DNA from: Psammoneis japonica
Taxonomy: Eukaryota
NCBI GenBank assembly: GCA_008632985.1
Contig: QPGO01000013.1
Span: 62,001 to 126,000, forward strand
Length of the DNA: 64,000 nt
Direction: 5' to 3'
Shown here: piece after piece, positions 23,212 to 35,699 of the stretch
Numbering within the stretch: the first letter of the stretch is position 1
How the letters are laid out: each line of letters begins with the position of its first letter
Program-made: the position numbers and the translations under genes
The notes under the pieces: model-generated
What the model was told of the DNA's origin: nothing
The model's input: only the letters and a program-made list of their open reading frames with translations
Databases searched by the model: none

Positions 23212-24453
23212 TCTTCTTGAAAGCTCGCTTCAGAGTTAATATTTCAAGCTGCAACACCTGTCAGGCATCAAGAATGCCGTATTCGCAACGTGCAATTCAA
23301 GTTTTGTGCATGGTGTTTCATCTAGTTTTGTATTGAAAAATCACCCGAGAATTGCAATGGCGACTTTGGAAGTCTATGAAGGCTCATACAGCATAGGATG
23401 GCTGCTTTTCTTTTTTGCGGGTTTTTCCATTTCTCGCTATCATAGTGTCTGTAATCTGAGTCCTTTCTATCTGAGGTGCCACATCACCTCTCGCTCTCTA
23501 GAGAACGAGCGAGAACAGTGTGATTAGAAGCTGCCAGGGCTGCAGCTAGGTCTCGGGAGGGTCTCTTCCTCAACCTGCCATAGATGGAGGTGGACTGGGG
23601 TACTGTATGATGCAAATACTTCTACTCTATTTACTCTAAAGAGCCCTAGCTGCTCTAGACTTACATAGGATGGCGCTCACTCTAGCTAGCTACCATGGCC
23701 CTTGGCTGGTAGAGCCAACTCTACAAGAGAGTAGCGCTACTCTCTAGAGTCTAGCTAGAGCTAGCTAAGAGAGCTACTGTACTAGAGGCTAGCCTCTACC
23801 GGTAGGGCCCTAGCTACTAGAGTCTACTTGAGTAGAGCTGGCTCTCTCTAGTAGCTCTACTCTCTAGCTTGAGTAAAGTAGAGCGAGCTACTACTACTAC
23901 TGTAGCTACGGTATGGCCGACATATTAGGTCTAGCACAAATGCCTATTTCAATTTTAGTAGCGCGACTGAGTCTAAATAAGGATTACCGTACTCAAAGGA
24001 ATTGATATTTATAATACCCTAATGAACAGAGATTTGAACTAGTTGCCCGCTAAAAATCAAATGACAGTTTGAAACGGTGAAATTTGAATTGCTCTCAAAA
24101 TTGATAGTCAATTCTCTTACACGATTTGAATTTTTTGAAAATAACGACGAAAAACGCGGCACATTATGATGGACTTTGAAGTCTATATAACACTGTATAA
24201 TTGTATAACGTTGAGTCAGGGCAAACAATTATGAAACAATAATATCATGGATATGAGTATAAGCCGTTACATATGGTTTTGTTGGCACCTGAATCCTGGT
24301 AACGGATTTTCGCGCGTTTTCCACTGAAACCAACCACACAAAATCGGTCATCCCGCCTTTTTTCCAACAGGCAAAAATCAAGAAGGGGATTGCACTTGGC
24401 GGTACTTTCTCGCTGAGTCTACTTTTTCTCATACATAGCGTTTCTGAGACGAC

Positions 24454-26471
24454 ATGATGAAAAAGTGCTTCATCTCTGCCGCTTTGCTCGTGGCATCGTG
24501 CCACGCCAGTGGGCCTCAGCGTCTTCGTCGTGGTGCAATCCACTTTGTAGTTGACCATCAGAAGAAGGAGCCCGCAGTTCCCATGAACGATATCCAAGAT
24601 GAGTGGTGGAGCGATACGAATCAATGGTTCCAGCGACAGCTGCAAAGCGCCTCCTTTTCGTTCGAGTCATCCTTTTCGTTCGAAACGTCCTTTTCGCACA
24701 GTCCGACACCTCCCTCTCCTACACCAACGCCGCCGATGCCTCCTACATCAACGCCGCCTATGCCGCCTACACCAACGCTTCCGACGCCGCCTATGCCTCC
24801 TACACCAACGCCGCCGATGCCGCCTATGCCTACACCAACGCCGCCTGCGTTGCCGCCTACTCCGTCTCCAACACCGGAAATTCCTGTGCTCCCCATACCT
24901 CCTACTCCAGCACCCACAACTGATTTTCCTGCAACAACTGATTCACCTGTCCCCGCGACTCCAGCACCCGCACCTGGTACTCCAGCGCCTTCAACGGAAG
25001 CACCGGCAACAACTGACTCACCAGAGACGCAGCGACCTACACAAGCAGACACTCCAGCTCCGGATCCTGTTACCAAATCCCCGACACCAGCTCCGGATCC
25101 TGTTACCAAATCCCCGACACCGGCGCCGCTCCCAGATTCAACAAGTGCACCGACGGATGGGGATACTTCAGCGCCGACGGCTTCTCCAACCTCGAAATTG
25201 ACTTCAGCTCCGACTTTTGAATCAACCTCTGAATCGACTTCAGCTCCGACTGTTGAATCAACCTCCGATTCGACCTCATCTCCTACTGTTGAATCAACCT
25301 CCGATTCGACTTCAGCACCTACATCTGGATCCACAACTGAAGCTACTTCAGCTCCAACGGTGGCGACTACGAATACCCCAACGGACGCTCCTCTCGCAGA
25401 CCCATCCGCCTGTGGCATCTCCGACACAGAACGCGAAGCTCGAATCCGTTCCGTACTGGGAAACGTCACTGATGTCGCTGCTTTTAGTGAAGAAGGGTCT
25501 CCTCAAAGAAAAGCTCTAAACTGGATTATAAACGAAGATGGTGCGCATTTGTGCCCAGACAAGCCCAACTTGATACAGAGATATGTGTTGGCCACACTGT
25601 ATTTTTCCACCAATGGAGACGGATGGACTCACTGTAGCCGGACGGGTACGACTTGTGCCAATACGACAGTGGCCGCAAAATCGAGAGGAAATCCAGAAAA
25701 CTTTTTGTCCAGCGGATCAGAATGCTTCTGGGGAGGTATCTACTGCAATTCGAACGATTTCGTTCGTGATCTTCAAATTGGTACGTGCCTAAACCAGGAA
25801 GTGATTTTCCTTGTGGATAGCGAAGTGAATTATCTAGATCATCTGACTCTTTCCAAAACCTTTTTGTGTTTGTACAGACAACAATGGGTTGGTTGGAGAA
25901 ATCCCCAAAGAAATTGGAGCCTTATCCTCTCTTCGCGTGCTTGGATTGGGAGTAAACAGGTTGAGCGGAGAAATCCCGGCCTCCCTCGCTTTGATTCATC
26001 CATTCTTAGTGCTGCGTCTGGACAGAAACATGTTGGATGGCCCTTTTCCAAGTGGTTTGTCTAGGTCGATTGTTCGAATCAATGTGGCCTTCAACAATCT
26101 CGACGGAACTTTACCGGGCGAGGGTTATGGACCCAATTTGCGAGTTGTTCAATTTCAAGCGAACAATTTCCGAGGTGAAATCCCAGGCAGCATTGCTGCC
26201 AATTCCCCAAATCTGGGTAAGTGCGAATTGTTACGTATCTTCGATAATGACTTGAACCAATGAGCCGTACGGGTAACTCACTACTTTTCTTGCTTTTGTC
26301 GTTGCAGGCGTTGCTCGTTTCAATGGCAACTCCTTAACTGGTGACATGCCAACTGCATTTTGCGACCTTCGCCCCAATGACCCATTGAGCATGACCGGCT
26401 TATACCTCCTGACGGCCGACTGTCCTTCTGTGAACTGCACTTGCTGTACGAACCCAGAGTGCTCTCCTTAA
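24454..26471 (+). CDS. Secreted leucine-rich-repeat protein with Pro/Thr/Ser mucin-like stalk; 3 exons
   Basis: Signal peptide, PTPPMPP and STSAPT repeats, diatom-type cap SPQRKALNWI...QRYVLATLYFSTNG..W...ECFWGGIYC, LRRs (N.LVGEIP.EIG.L, NRLSGEIP), ends CTCCTNPECSP*. Introns ~25781-25877 and ~26217-26308. Confidence 0.85.
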
Positions 26472-27241
26472 AGGAACCAAATGTGCATGACCTGGAATCC
26501 TCCAACCTTGACGGATTTTTGTAGTGGCCGTGTCCATTGTCTCTTTGTGGAGGTGCAATTAGACGCTCCTTAAAAGGAAAAAGCTTATGTAACGTAGTGA
26601 TTGAAAAAAGAAAAATTGAGATTCTTAGGTCGTTGTTGCTCGAGTTTGTGCTGCCCTGTCTCGCGATAGAGGCAAAAGTGAAAGCACTCTACGTAGCGAG
26701 ATGAAGATCAAAATGCAAGCACCAATTTCGCATCCTTTCTGCAATGAGTTACCATAATATACTGTAGGCGCAAACGAGATATCCCGAGTGCTGGACAAGC
26801 TGGAGGTTCCATACGAATACCTTTGGTTGCGATTCAGTCGAGCTTCCAACTTTGTCCCGAGAGTAGACTAGACGATGTTTTGCGATAGCCCTAGAGAGAA
26901 CCAGCAGTCTTAGAGTCTTATCTGTGTACCGGTAGAGAAAATGGAAAAGAATCTACTGCGTACAATACATATACTTCCTACTAAATTGTGCGGATTAAGG
27001 CCAACTGTAATATACCCAAAACTGTGACGAATCCATTTCGTGTTTTTGTTATCACTAAACGTAGATTACTTCCATTGAATATTCTAGCATAGAGGAGCTA
27101 TGTATGAACTTCTGTATTCAGACTAGCGATGTACTTGGTCTGGCTACTCTTATCCTGCTGCCAACATCATGGATGATATATAGCCTGTTATCAACGCCAG
27201 CCGAACTCGCTGGCCACTGCTGACGTGAATGTTTCAACACC

Positions 27242-27955
27242 TCAAGCTACGACTGCTTGCTTGGAAGAGGAGGAGGATGTGACGATCGGTGATGGAATGC
27301 AGTAGAATGCAGAATGGCTTGTCTTCGTGCGTCTTGGCGGAGACTCGTAACAGGGACTCGATACCGAAAAAGAGTGCTCCGATTGTTCTGGAAGCTTTCG
27401 TTTCTGTTGCTGTTGGACACACATGGCCTTTGTAGCTTCGACTGCATCATGAGCACCTCGTTTGAAAGCATAAGCACGTTCACTCAGGGAACACTTCATA
27501 TAAAATGCTCGGATGACCTCAGGCTCGTGTTTGTTTTGCTGTCGCACGACTGCCCGAGCAATAGCAATTCGTCTTGAGCGACGCTCATAAAACATTCTTT
27601 TTGAAACCATTCGTTCCAAGCCGCGAACGCAATCCGTTTCAAAATCCATTGTCTTGTTTCTGGCAGCTGTCAGTGCTTCACGGTTACCATGTTGAATAGC
27701 GCTAATCTCATCCTTGGAGTACCACATGTTGCTCTTGTCTTCATCCGTCTTTTTGTCAATAAATCTAACACTAGTCAAATCTTGAGAAAAACGGACTGCT
27801 CTTTTCTCGGCGATTCTTGGATCTTTTGTTTGAACTTGAATGCTTTCGCTCGTTCCTTGGAATTGACAAGGTTCAAACGCCGCAGTAACGAAAAGCAATT
27901 CATTATCCATTGTGGAGTGCGATTGAAAGTGAGGAACTGACGCGACGGAAATCAT
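27242..27955 (-). CDS. Diatom-type hypothetical protein
   Basis: Motif KRAVRFS...VRFI......K..MWYS..E...DCVRGLE, typical of a diatom-expanded family as I recall it. Start uncertain. Confidence 0.6.
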   Translation of the reverse strand: MISVASVPHFQSHSTMDNELLFVTAAFEPCQFQGTSESIQVQTKDPRIAEKRAVRFSQDLTSVRFIDKKTDEDKSNMWYSKDEISAIQHGNREALTAARNKTMDFETDCVRGLERMVSKRMFYERRSRRIAIARAVVRQQNKHEPEVIRAFYMKCSLSERAYAFKRGAHDAVEATKAMCVQQQQKRKLPEQSEHSFSVSSPCYESPPRRTKTSHSAFYCIPSPIVTSSSSSKQAVVA

Positions 27956-28557
27956 TGCAAACTTATGTTTGAAGTTCTTCTTCTCGTTCAAACTGTGGTC
28001 CTGCTTTGTGAAAATGTGAAGGAAATTTGTTTTCCAACAGCCACTTCGAGTCGATCCATGTTCAAAACGTGACCCCAGTTTCACCGTTGGCGATATATCA
28101 TATTTGATTCCGAATATTTTCATAGTCAGATCAATCGGGGATTCCGTTGAGTCTCCGTCCCATCGTTGAGTCGTCCAGTTGACCCATTCGATTCAAAGAT
28201 TCCCTGTAGCAGTCAGTACAGCCAGCACGCACGTAGTGCACTACGTACCGGTACGACTGACTCACGGCCTGCGGTACGAAAAGGCAGTCACGAAGTCAGT
28301 CACGAACGGCGATTGGAAGTGAATTTCGACTCCGACCGGTTGCGTGCCGCGACTCCGAATCCTGCCCGTAGAATTCTACGTGGGAACTTGTATGGTCAGC
28401 AGTCCCGTAGAGGTCGCTGAGCAGTTTTCGAAACATGCGTTGCGGTCACGTCGCCGTCACACTTTCACTGCTCAGACACAATACTCTCACAAAAATCGAA
28501 AAAAGAGTCATCGCACCGCCGAGACACACCAACACGAAGATATACATCACACAAACC

Positions 28558-28917
28558 ATGACGAGACTCACTGCTTTTCTCCTTGCTACAATGATCATGT
28601 GCTTTATGCCGCTTCAGAGCGAGAGCTTTTCAATGGTTCCTCGTTTTGTGAAAAGGACCTTTCTGGGAAGGTCGCGTACTGCACCATTGGTTGCAGACAA
28701 TGCAAAAGACATTTTGGCTCCAAAGAGAACTGGGATTGTCAATTCATTGGATGCTCATGCTAGAACAATGACTGGTACAGAATACAAGCAGGACACAACA
28801 CCTCCGGTCTTGTCCAACGTTGACACTTCTAATTTCGGACACGATATGGACGCTTACAAGAGTGAAATGCTGGATCTTGTTTACGAACGATCGCTCCAAA
28901 GACTTGGTCTCGACTGA
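28558..28917 (+). CDS. Small protein with signal peptide (possibly plastid-targeted)
   Basis: MTRLTAFLLATMIMCFMPLQSESF signal; C-terminal YKSEMLDLVYERSLQRL. Confidence 0.55.
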   Translation: MTRLTAFLLATMIMCFMPLQSESFSMVPRFVKRTFLGRSRTAPLVADNAKDILAPKRTGIVNSLDAHARTMTGTEYKQDTTPPVLSNVDTSNFGHDMDAYKSEMLDLVYERSLQRLGLD

Positions 28918-29447
28918 GAGTGCCAGGTTCCGACACATACATATACCTGTGGTGTGATTTACCGAAAAGCTAGAATACTGGGCTAAATGACGCAGACTGT
29001 GAAGATAGAAAAGTAGAGGACTACATGTTGATATAGAGATAGATTACAGAGCACTGAAATTCGTATTTCCTATGCAAGCGAAAAGGCCTAGTTTTTCACA
29101 CATGCTATAATGATTTCCCTTGACGGTCTTCTGTATACAGTAATGCGCAATTCTCGTCTCCTAGGCCCTATTGATCTTTTCCTTCGAGTTGGTGGGGTAC
29201 CGTACAAATTGTAGAGTGAGAATTGCAACCCCAACGCAAGATTACAAATCCTAATTTCAAAAATACTTTAACTTGTTAAAGCTGCCATGTTTCGCCTTTA
29301 TTGGCTGTGAGCAACTTGACGAGGACCAGCCGATGGTGATATCTATGTTTGCTCTTGCTAGACTACTAGTGTGCTCGCATCGCGGACGAAAGAATCCAAC
29401 TTTCACAGAGAAACTTTTCGATCAGTTTCAAAGAACAGTAGGGCCCT

Positions 29448-30314
29448 CTAAACAGCAGCAGAATCGACAGCTCCATAATCATTCGCAGTCAAGCTGTCTC
29501 CTTCTTTCTCCTCGCGACTTGCCTTTAGCATGGTATGAAAGTGATGGTGGGCACGTATGGCTGCCCATCGACCCCGGGCCGAGCGGGGTTTTCGAATGAT
29601 CAAAAACTCTGGAATCGGAGGACCAAGAATGAAAATGACAGCACGAAGGTAGTCGTCCGGCTCGCGGTGAGAGGCAGATTTGCGTACATTATAGAAGAGC
29701 TGTGAAACAAATAGCCAGCCTCCCAGTGGAACAGTCGAAGAAACAAGCCATGAACAACCAGATTCACGCATAACAAGAGCCCAAAGACAACCAACGAAGA
29801 AGCATAGTATTGAAGCACCACAAACTCGTAGAAATTGCAGACCGCCTCGATTGTCAAATTGCAAGACAGCGAGCACGAGCGCAAAGCCAGCTGTTGCTTG
29901 TCCAACAGCTACTAGAGCATAGTTTGCCCAAGATGCCAAAGATAATTTTGCTCCAAGTGCCACTGCGAAAAAGAAGGTTCCTCCAAAGAGTCCTACAGCT
30001 GCGGCCCATTTCTCTTCACCCCGAGCAGCCACAGCATAGCAACAAAGAAAGAGGCCGATAAAGGCAATTGCACACAAGGGCATCACAATGTAGGGAGAGC
30101 GCATCAATTCCTTGATCGAATCGATAAGGCAAAAGGGAGAGATAATCATGGCAACAGCTGTGAACTGAAGGAACAAAAGAGCAACGACGCGCCTCACATA
30201 GGTCACGCCACGCGCAATTTTGGCATCGTCGTCGGAAAAAAGATGCGCCATAACTGTTCTATCCAACGGCACCCCCGTTCTTGCCGAAACGGGAACTTCC
30301 TCCGACTCTGTCAT
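29448..30314 (-). CDS. Multi-pass membrane protein, Bax-inhibitor-1/TMBIM-like
   Basis: R..YVRRVVALLFLQF followed by 6-7 hydrophobic helices and PDDY..A near the end. Confidence 0.5.
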   Translation of the reverse strand: MTESEEVPVSARTGVPLDRTVMAHLFSDDDAKIARGVTYVRRVVALLFLQFTAVAMIISPFCLIDSIKELMRSPYIVMPLCAIAFIGLFLCCYAVAARGEEKWAAAVGLFGGTFFFAVALGAKLSLASWANYALVAVGQATAGFALVLAVLQFDNRGGLQFLRVCGASILCFFVGCLWALVMRESGCSWLVSSTVPLGGWLFVSQLFYNVRKSASHREPDDYLRAVIFILGPPIPEFLIIRKPRSARGRWAAIRAHHHFHTMLKASREEKEGDSLTANDYGAVDSAAV

Positions 30315-30852
30315 AGTTATACTGTCACACCAAGTATTATTCCTGTACCGGTACTTGCTTTTGGTTCTCTGTTGTCGTCGGAACTGATGGTTTTGAGTTT
30401 TGAGAAGAGAATCCATGGCGAACACCCTCAACCTCAACAGAAATCCAAAATGGCTCATTCGATTGCTCGTACCGTATGTACAGTACGTCACCCGTCACAA
30501 AAAAGTGCCACGCAGTCCGCCCGGTTTGTTAACTATGGATAGCGAGACTCTACTCTCTACGCTAGAGCTACTCTCTAGAGTAGCTTTTTAGGGTTTTCGC
30601 AAGGGTCTACAGGTATGCCTCTCTAGACTCTAGTAGAGCCTTTCTCTAGACTCTAGCTAGTAGAGCAAGGCTACAATGGGGGCAACGGTAGTCAAGCTCT
30701 AGATTGCATCTATTTCTACTGTTTACTTTCTATCTAGCTACTCTCTAGGCGCCTTGCTTCCGGCACTCCCCATCATGCTTCTCTGAAAGCCACTATACGG
30801 TAACATTAAAAATCGCACGTTATAAATAGCTTTTGTCTCTAGCTAGCAACAT

Positions 30853-32842
30853 CTAAGTGTAAGTGAGACGTGAAGTCGACGCCGACTTTAGAGGCTTGTA
30901 TAGGCTGCGATCTCGTCCTTTGTTTTTCCGAAAGATCACAAAGAGAGCCAAAGCAATGAGTGAAATAATTGCAGCCATAAATAGATTGGTCACCAGATAT
31001 TTGGTGCTCAAGGACTGATTGTAAACCCATGGAAGCGTGTTGATCTCGTAAAGCATAGATCCCAGTGCCCAACCCACCTTTTGGCCATTAATGACCTGGG
31101 CGGCTGTAATGTGAGTGGTATCTTCGAATCCATAGCCATTTCTCAGGAGATTGTACATGTAGACAGACCTGAAACAATAGTCGTCAACCACTTCCCCGCC
31201 GACCCTGCCGTCGTTGAATTTTTCCAGGTCTTCTTTGGTCATGGAGCACAGATACTGCGACTTCTGCTTGAGATCTTCCAAGGAGAATCGATCAGGGAGA
31301 CCAAGAAACTCTGATATATGATAAAAGTTGGAAAATCCCAAAAACTCTCCAAAATGTTGGGATTGCGTAGGCAGCTCCGGTTGGTAAATACCGTGAAAGG
31401 AGCAATCGCCCTTGTGTGCAAAGTTGCACCACTCGTTGTTCTCCTTGTGTAATAAATCATACACTATAGACATGCACCCATCAAAGTCACCTGTGTCGTT
31501 CTTGTTCTGCAAGACGGCATGATAGAATCCATCGCCTGAAGAGGAGGACTCCGGGTAGTCCCAAGTCTCCATGCCATTCGACTTTATGTGGATAGCAGTG
31601 CGAAAGTCCTTCTTGGCTCCACCAGGGAGACAAGGGTTATACACGCCGTCAACGAGACGCTCTGTAGCATTCTTACCAGCGGCAAGACGAGCTCCAAGTC
31701 GATTTCCAGCTTCATTGATTCCAAAGTACAGAAAAGAGTGGGCGTACACATTCCAGTGCTTGCCTTGCCGAGCTGAAGCTTGAAAAGATTCGCCATAATG
31801 TCGCCGTCTGCTTCGAAAAAAGATAGTTGCGTGCTACCTCCGCCCAAGTCCATCGCGCCATAGGTAAGTCGGGGGTTGACAACGGTACCAGCACCCTCAC
31901 TGTCCTCCAGAAGTGTACCCATCAGAAAATTGACTCCTGCCCAGCCATAAATGGCTTCCTCTTCGCCGCTAATGACTCGGACCCGTTCATCTTCAAACCA
32001 AAACGGACAGTACGTCTTGTTTGCAAAGACCGTCCGGACAGCGTTGATAACCCGGGAACGATCTTGTGGGTCCAAGAGACGCATGCCTGCAGTCGCCTTG
32101 AGAAAGATTGGAAAGGTTTCAAACTCGTCTTCTTTGGTGTGAAGCACGTTCTTGGCGAATTCGATGAGCGGTTGGAGATAATCCGACACTCCCTCGATGA
32201 GCTGATCATCCGGCAAACTAGCGTATGTATCCAGGCCGGGGCTCAATCGATCCGTCCAGCGTGAGTCAGTGCCTGGAAAACTGAGTTTCCTCCCACTGAC
32301 GGCGCTCTGGACCTCTCGTGCGTCGCTAAGAACCCTAGGATTGAACTCATAGACATGCATTCTGCTTCCCGTACTTCCTGCATCGATCTATGTATGACGT
32401 GTTTGAAAGACACAAGAGTCATCGTCAGAGAAGGGCACAGCACAAGTATGGGCGCATTTCTGAACGTCTCTAATGAACGTACCATCATACCATGAATCGT
32501 TCGTTCGCGAATGCCTGAATCAGCCCACAGTTCATCCACTTTCTGTTGGCGTTTCCTTGCTTGTTTCTTCAGCGCCTTCTTCAGCGCCTTCTCCGACTCT
32601 CTGGCTTTCTCGATAAATTCTTGTTCTTTTTCATACTCAAGATCTGCCTCAGCTCGTTCAACTTGGTCCTTGTTATGGTGATGGCGCAAATGCCGACGCG
32701 TGGGGTCTATCTTGGATTCTTCCGAGTCTTCGAGATCCACTCTCTTCAGGTAGAGAGACCAGGAGTCCTTGTCCTCGATAAGGGGTTGCTTGATTTTCAT
32801 GACGTCTTCTGGAACCAATGGATGTGGTTGTAAACCATTCAT
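30853..32842 (-). CDS. GDA1/CD39 family apyrase (NTPDase) with C-terminal TM; intron ~32388-32481; apparent 1-nt deletion near 31767; 5' end uncertain
   Basis: Apyrase conserved regions IDAGSTGSRMHVY, KATAGMR, ISGEEEAIYGW, MDLGGGSTQ, YAHSFLYFG, GWALG. Confidence 0.9.
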
Positions 32843-33312
32843 GTGATGGGTTGTTTTCGTGAGAGACGAGGGAAAACAAAAAAAAATGACCATCGGCATC
32901 ACATCGGAGGGAGGGTAGTGAAATCTACGTGATTTGTAAACGCGTCGTACAATGAGTACAAGCTCGTACGTCCATTGGATGACGTATTGTCTTATGTCTT
33001 CTATATATCTGAATACTGTATGTTAGAATCTTTCGAATCTTCGTGTGAATCATGACCGAATCTTTCGCCTCTCGCTCTGTGGGTGTAACTCATGCTGGGA
33101 CCATTGCCGCATCCTCCAAAAAACCTCTGCACTTTCTCGCCCTGCGGCTCCATGACAGCACAGCCTTCATCCAAAAGTGCCACCCTGACCCACTGCCAGG
33201 TCTGCCATGGCATCATCATGAGTGTTGCTGTCACCTGCTCTTGTTGTGTCCAGCAGTGTGCTGCCACTGTGCTTTTGTGTGTTTCTCCTCGACACAGCAT
33301 GTTGCTCACATG

Positions 33313-34065
33313 ATGACACAAATTTTCACCCCCCAAACACATGACACTCACCTTTTTCCCCTCAACACCTCTTTGCTGCTGCCCCAGTGCATCCAATGTG
33401 TGTGCATCATTGACCCCACCCAGCGATGTCTTCTCCAGCCCACAGGGGGGCATGCGGCGTGCAGCTCCCAGCAACAGCACCCCCGGCTGCTGCCCCATCA
33501 TCAAGAGAAATGCTGCAGCTCCAGCAAGCAAGACCTCCTGCTGCTGCCTGTGACATTGATCTTTTTTGCCACATGCCATGCATCATGCATGTGCTTCTCT
33601 GCATGACTTTGGCGGCATTTTGCATCGCTTTGCTTTTTTGATGATTCTTGGGTGGCCGCAGAATGTGCTGGTGTGGTGCAGACAGATTTTCAAGAATTGT
33701 GAGCATGAAAGGCAATTGTGCTGCAAACTTGGGCATTCATTTGGATGTTGAAGATTGGCACATTGTTCGTCACTCTGTGCAGCTGAGCAGCTGCAAAACT
33801 TCTTGCTGCTGCTGTTGACAATTGTGAGGAACACTTCCGAGTTGACATGTTTGGTCAGATGAAACATGTGTTCTGCACTTCACACAGGAGGAGGTGAGCA
33901 AATGTCTTCATCCACAAACAAGGAGCTTTGCCCCAAGCTCACATTTTGGTGCTCAGCGAGTGCTGCACAATCAATGCACAATGCACAGCACTGTGGTGGG
34001 CAGAGCTTTCACTCACCATGATGCACAGCTTTTCGGGGGGGGGGGGGGGGTGAAAATTGTGACAT
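33313..34065. repeat. Possible degenerate inverted-repeat pair bounding a ~750-bp non-autonomous element
   Basis: ATGACACAAATTTTCACCCCCC at 33313-33334 versus GGGGGG..GTGAAAATTGTGACAT ending at 34065. No TSD recognisable. Confidence 0.3.
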
Positions 34066-34639
34066 GGGTTGCTTGAAGTCAACACACAGTTGTGTCAACA
34101 TGCTCACTTTGCAAGTTGTGTGGGCTCCACCATGCAGCATGCACTTTTAGCCTGCACGCATCATTTTCTGCTGCAATGAGAGCCCCATGACAAAAGATGT
34201 TGCTGGCATCTGCCACTTCTCATTCTCGTGTGGTGCATGCTGTGCAGTGCACATCATGCTCCCTGCCCATGACAAGGGCCACAGAGTGCCAGAAACATCT
34301 TGCTGACAGCAGAGCACAATCTGCTGCAGATGATTGTGTTTGTCTGTCACTCAGTTGTGGTGTGGGCAGTGTGCCATTGTCATTTCTGTGTGGGGTCAAC
34401 TCACTCTGGCTGGCAGGGTGGGCCTGCACAACTCTGTCAGCTCTCTGCACATTTTGACTTTTGTGTTCTTGCTGGACAAGCATCAGATGTCAATGGCACA
34501 CTGGTCCTCATGCTTGCCATTTTCTTGTTCATTGTTTTTGTTCAGACCAGCTTCTGCTGTGCTTTCTGTCCTGGGTGTGTTTCCACTTGGCTTGATGTGC
34601 TGCATCCAACACAGCACACCTCTGCCACTGAAAAGTGTC

Positions 34640-35560
34640 AGCTGCACTGGGCTTGCTTGTGTGGCAGCATGCACCACAGCTCATGTGTGGCAAATGTGAC
34701 CACTGCAAACACACTGCTCAATGGGGGTCATCCTCATCCAGCTCCATGTCCTGCACTGAAAATGAGTGCATCCTGTTTTCAGTTGTCTGGTGCACATTCA
34801 ACATTCTTTGCTGTGATGGAGCAGTTCACCTGTGGGCTGCACTTGGACATGGGTTTCCTTTGAAGGCTGCAGCCATCCTGTGTTTTTGTTTGACCAATTC
34901 AGCCATGAATTTGAAACCTCTGTTGAAGATTGCCTTTCTTGGTCATGGATGGTGTCTGCATGGCCATGCTTGTGCATTGTGCAGCTGGCACCACAGCTCA
35001 TGTGTGGCAATTGTGATCACTGCAAGCAGCACACCACTCCACAGGCAGGGGTCATCCTCACCCAGCTCCACATCCTGCACCAAAAACAAGTGCATCATGG
35101 TTTCAGTTGTCTGGTGCACATTCTCTGCTGCTGTAGAGTTCACCTGCAGGTTGCACTCAGTTGTGGGTTTCTTTTGAATGCTGCAGCCATCCAGTGTTGT
35201 TTGACCTCTGTGTCAAAGATTGCCTTTCTTGGCCATGGATGTCTGCGTGGCCATGCTTGCACCACAGCTGGCACCATGGCTCATGTGTGGCAAATGCAAC
35301 CACAGCAAAGCACACTGCACTGTGGGGGTCATTCTTGTCCTCCAGCTCCACATCCTGCACCAAAAATGAGTGCATCATGTTTCCATTTGCATGGTGCAAA
35401 TTCTCTGCTGTTAAGTTCCCCTGCAGGTTGCACTTGATTGTGGGTTTCTTTTGAAGGCTGCAGTTGTCCAGTGTTGTTTGACCATCTCAGCCACAAATTT
35501 AATGCCTCTGTTGAAGATTGCCTTTCTTGGCCTTGGACATCTGCGTGGCTGTGCTTGCTT
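34640..35560. repeat. Degenerate tandem repeat, ~3 units of ~280-320 bp
   Basis: Anchor CCAGCTCCA..TCCTGCAC..AAAA at ~34738, 35062 and 35342; GGGTTTC.TTTGAA.GCTGCAG and AAGATTGCCTTTCTTGG each recur three times. Confidence 0.75.
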
Positions 35561-35699
35561 GATGACACTCAACACACAGCATTGGCACACTCAGCAGTGG
35601 CTTCTTCAGCAATCTCAAACCAGCCTTTCACAGGGTCAACTGCTGCAGAGCTTCCCACAGATGTGGGAGTTTCTTTCCTCATCACTTGACATTGCACTC

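Noticed and set aside
24700..25400. Short tandem repeats resembling an array, and the antisense 282-aa Gly/Val ORF
   Set aside because: Coding Pro/Thr/Ser repeats of the LRR protein stalk; no repeat-spacer structure, so not CRISPR.
13770..31780. Programmed frameshifting or pseudogenisation at ~13780, ~15025, ~15178 and ~31767
   Set aside because: All are single-base deletions, mostly in short homopolymers, in otherwise intact conserved genes. Most simply consensus/assembly errors; check against reads. Some TE frameshifts may have the same origin.
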